A stretch of 63,880 bases of DNA, counting the filler, from Choristocarpus tenellus KU-1152 (taxonomy: Eukaryota > Protista > Phaeophyceae): assembly GCA_964200185.2 (NCBI GenBank). It is 10 parts of 10 records of this genome, joined end to end, with 100 filler letters (N's around TTAATTAATTAA, not from the genome) between each part and the next. Parts side by side here need not be neighbours in the genome. Positions count along the whole stretch, not along the records: positions 61,351 to 63,880 come from CAXNAD020027018.1; 9 more parts are not named here. The stretch is one strand, 5' to 3'. A program made the position numbers and the translations under genes. Every line of letters starts with the position of its first letter. Position 1 is the first letter of the stretch. Below are positions 63,037 through 63,880 of the stretch, piece by piece. The notes under the pieces are model-generated. The model saw nothing but the letters and a program-made list of their open reading frames with translations, was not told where the DNA came from and did no database searches.

Positions 63037-63880
63037 CCATGTACACTGGGGTGCCGAGGCTTCTAAGCAAGACTGAAGAGAGAGGAGGGCAGAGGAAACT
63101 CCAAGGGCGGGGACATAGAGCTAGGAGTGGGGTCCCAGACTGTGCTGAGATTATGACTGGAAAGGTTTAGGAGGAGCACTTGTATAAAAAAAATATGCAT
63201 ATTTTGATATGCATGCATTTATATAATATTATGTGCATATATATGTATAGATGTATCATGTATATATACCACTATTATAGTACTTCTGTGGAGTTTAGTG
63301 ACACAGTTTGAGCCATCAAATACAATAGAACAGTCCTGATTGTCCAATCTGATACACTCTCTACAAAACCAATAATTTCACTTGTTCTGCTGGAGAGGAG
63401 AGGAGAGGATCATAAATAAACAACAGTACAGTTAATACTAGCCATAACTACACTACACTACACTATACTAAACAATACTAAATACAATACAATACAATAA
63501 AATAGTGTGCTCAAGTACAAAGAGGACAGTAATTATTGGTGGTACAACAGTCACCCACATCTCCATCATCACCTTTTGTAATTACTTTTTTTTAATTGCG
63601 TAGTACATATTATTTATTATTATTACTACCAAAATCTACACCAGCGCGAGTGATGACCGCTTTTCCCTTTTCATTTCAAGGCAAATCATTAATAACACCA
63701 CACACACTACACCACATACAGCAATTACCTTCTTGAAGTACAAAACAGAGGGATCTATGATTAGTCACTTCTAAAGATGGAGGGAGATCACGGGGGGGGG
63801 GGGGCAAGAGAGAGACATAACCTCTTGAATCAAACACATCTCACAAAACAAAAGAACATCATTTTGGTATCAAAGCTAAC

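Overview
Eukaryotic, intron-rich nuclear DNA from a photosynthetic stramenopile, most plausibly a brown alga or close relative. This is inferred from a PsbQ with a signal peptide + AF-type plastid presequence, long GT-AG introns, and LINE relics resembling brown-algal RTE/CRE elements. The window is 10 contigs joined by artificial 100-nt linkers (44N-TTAATTAATTAA-44N), so adjacency across linkers is not biological evidence. I reconstructed by hand eight spliced genes: PsbQ (complete), an ARMET/MANF homolog (complete), DNA polymerase kappa (5' part), a Frag1/DRAM/Sfk1 membrane protein, a DCAF8-like WD40 protein (5' part), an LRRC74-like LRR protein (5' part), a PMP34/SLC25A17-like carrier (5' part) and a class I cyclic-nucleotide phosphodiesterase (catalytic exons, including a GC-AG intron). 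Six of them form three head-to-head pairs with short spacers. The most distinctive content is a dense set of non-autonomous DNA transposons: four MITE families (>20 full or partial copies) that share a CAAAGT terminal core, GAG/GGG-type termini and 3-4 bp target duplications, three of which also carry an inner GTCCRTTT box. A decayed Sola2-like transposase gene in the window has itself been hit by two of these MITEs. Copy-to-copy differences recur at CpG sites as TpG/CpA, suggesting 5mC methylation. Also present: a ~450-bp foldback element in a PDE intron, a degenerate tRNA-Leu directly 5' of an RTE 3' fragment (candidate SINE), piggyBac/RTE/CRE relics and interstitial (TTAGGG)n tracts. All calls come from reading the sequence; no database search was run.
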